A stretch of 63,128 nucleotides of DNA, the filler included, from Dicyema japonicum (Eukaryota; Animalia; Dicyemida), in NCBI GenBank assembly GCA_011109175.1. It is 11 parts of 11 records of this genome, joined end to end, with 100 filler letters (N's around TTAATTAATTAA, not from the genome) between each part and the next. Parts side by side here need not be neighbours in the genome. Positions count along the whole stretch, not along the records: positions 62,040 to 63,128 come from RDEW01000007.1; 10 more parts are not named here. One strand, given 5' to 3'. Each line of letters opens with the position of its first letter. Within the stretch, counting starts at the first letter, position 1. The position numbers and the translations under genes are program-made. The notes under the pieces were generated by a model that saw only the letters and a program-made list of their open reading frames with translations, had not been told where the DNA came from and ran no database searches. Below, one piece after another: positions 62,991 through 63,128 of the stretch.

Positions 62991-63128
62991 AACTAGATTG
63001 CTTAATTAGATAACCTTAGGTTTTTAACTTGGTAAAGTATTTTTTGTTCTAAGACGAATGTAACACCAAGTAACTCATGTGATTCCGATATGCTCCAACA
63101 GGGGAATCATCTTAGAACGATGATCACT

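Overview
This is AT-rich eukaryotic, almost certainly animal, nuclear DNA. It is not one contiguous locus: ten synthetic 100-nt spacers (44 N + TTAATTAATTAA + 44 N) join eleven separate pieces. Host genes are compact and split by very short GT-AG introns of about 21-26 nt. They include two secreted EF-hand paralogs, two C-type lectin paralogs, casein kinase 1 gamma-like, GAR1, RPAP3, syntaxin-18, RRP36, RPL18, a tolloid/BMP1-like astacin, a cathepsin-like pseudogene, tRNA-Lys(UUU) and a 5S rRNA fragment. Much of the rest is transposon-derived: CRE-clade RT/RLE retrotransposons (one near-complete with an N-terminal PHD finger, one with a 12-bp TSD), a Merlin DNA transposon nested in CRE, RTE and other LINE remnants, MULE, hAT and integrase remnants, two short interspersed repeat families, and a 63-64 bp tandem array with an inverted arm. 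The most interesting candidates are a (TAA)n-tailed repeat family carrying a conserved HDV-ribozyme-like nested pseudoknot, the PHD-bearing CRE, and the CRE/tRNA/5S cluster. All identifications are by eye, without database searches, and many element boundaries are approximate.
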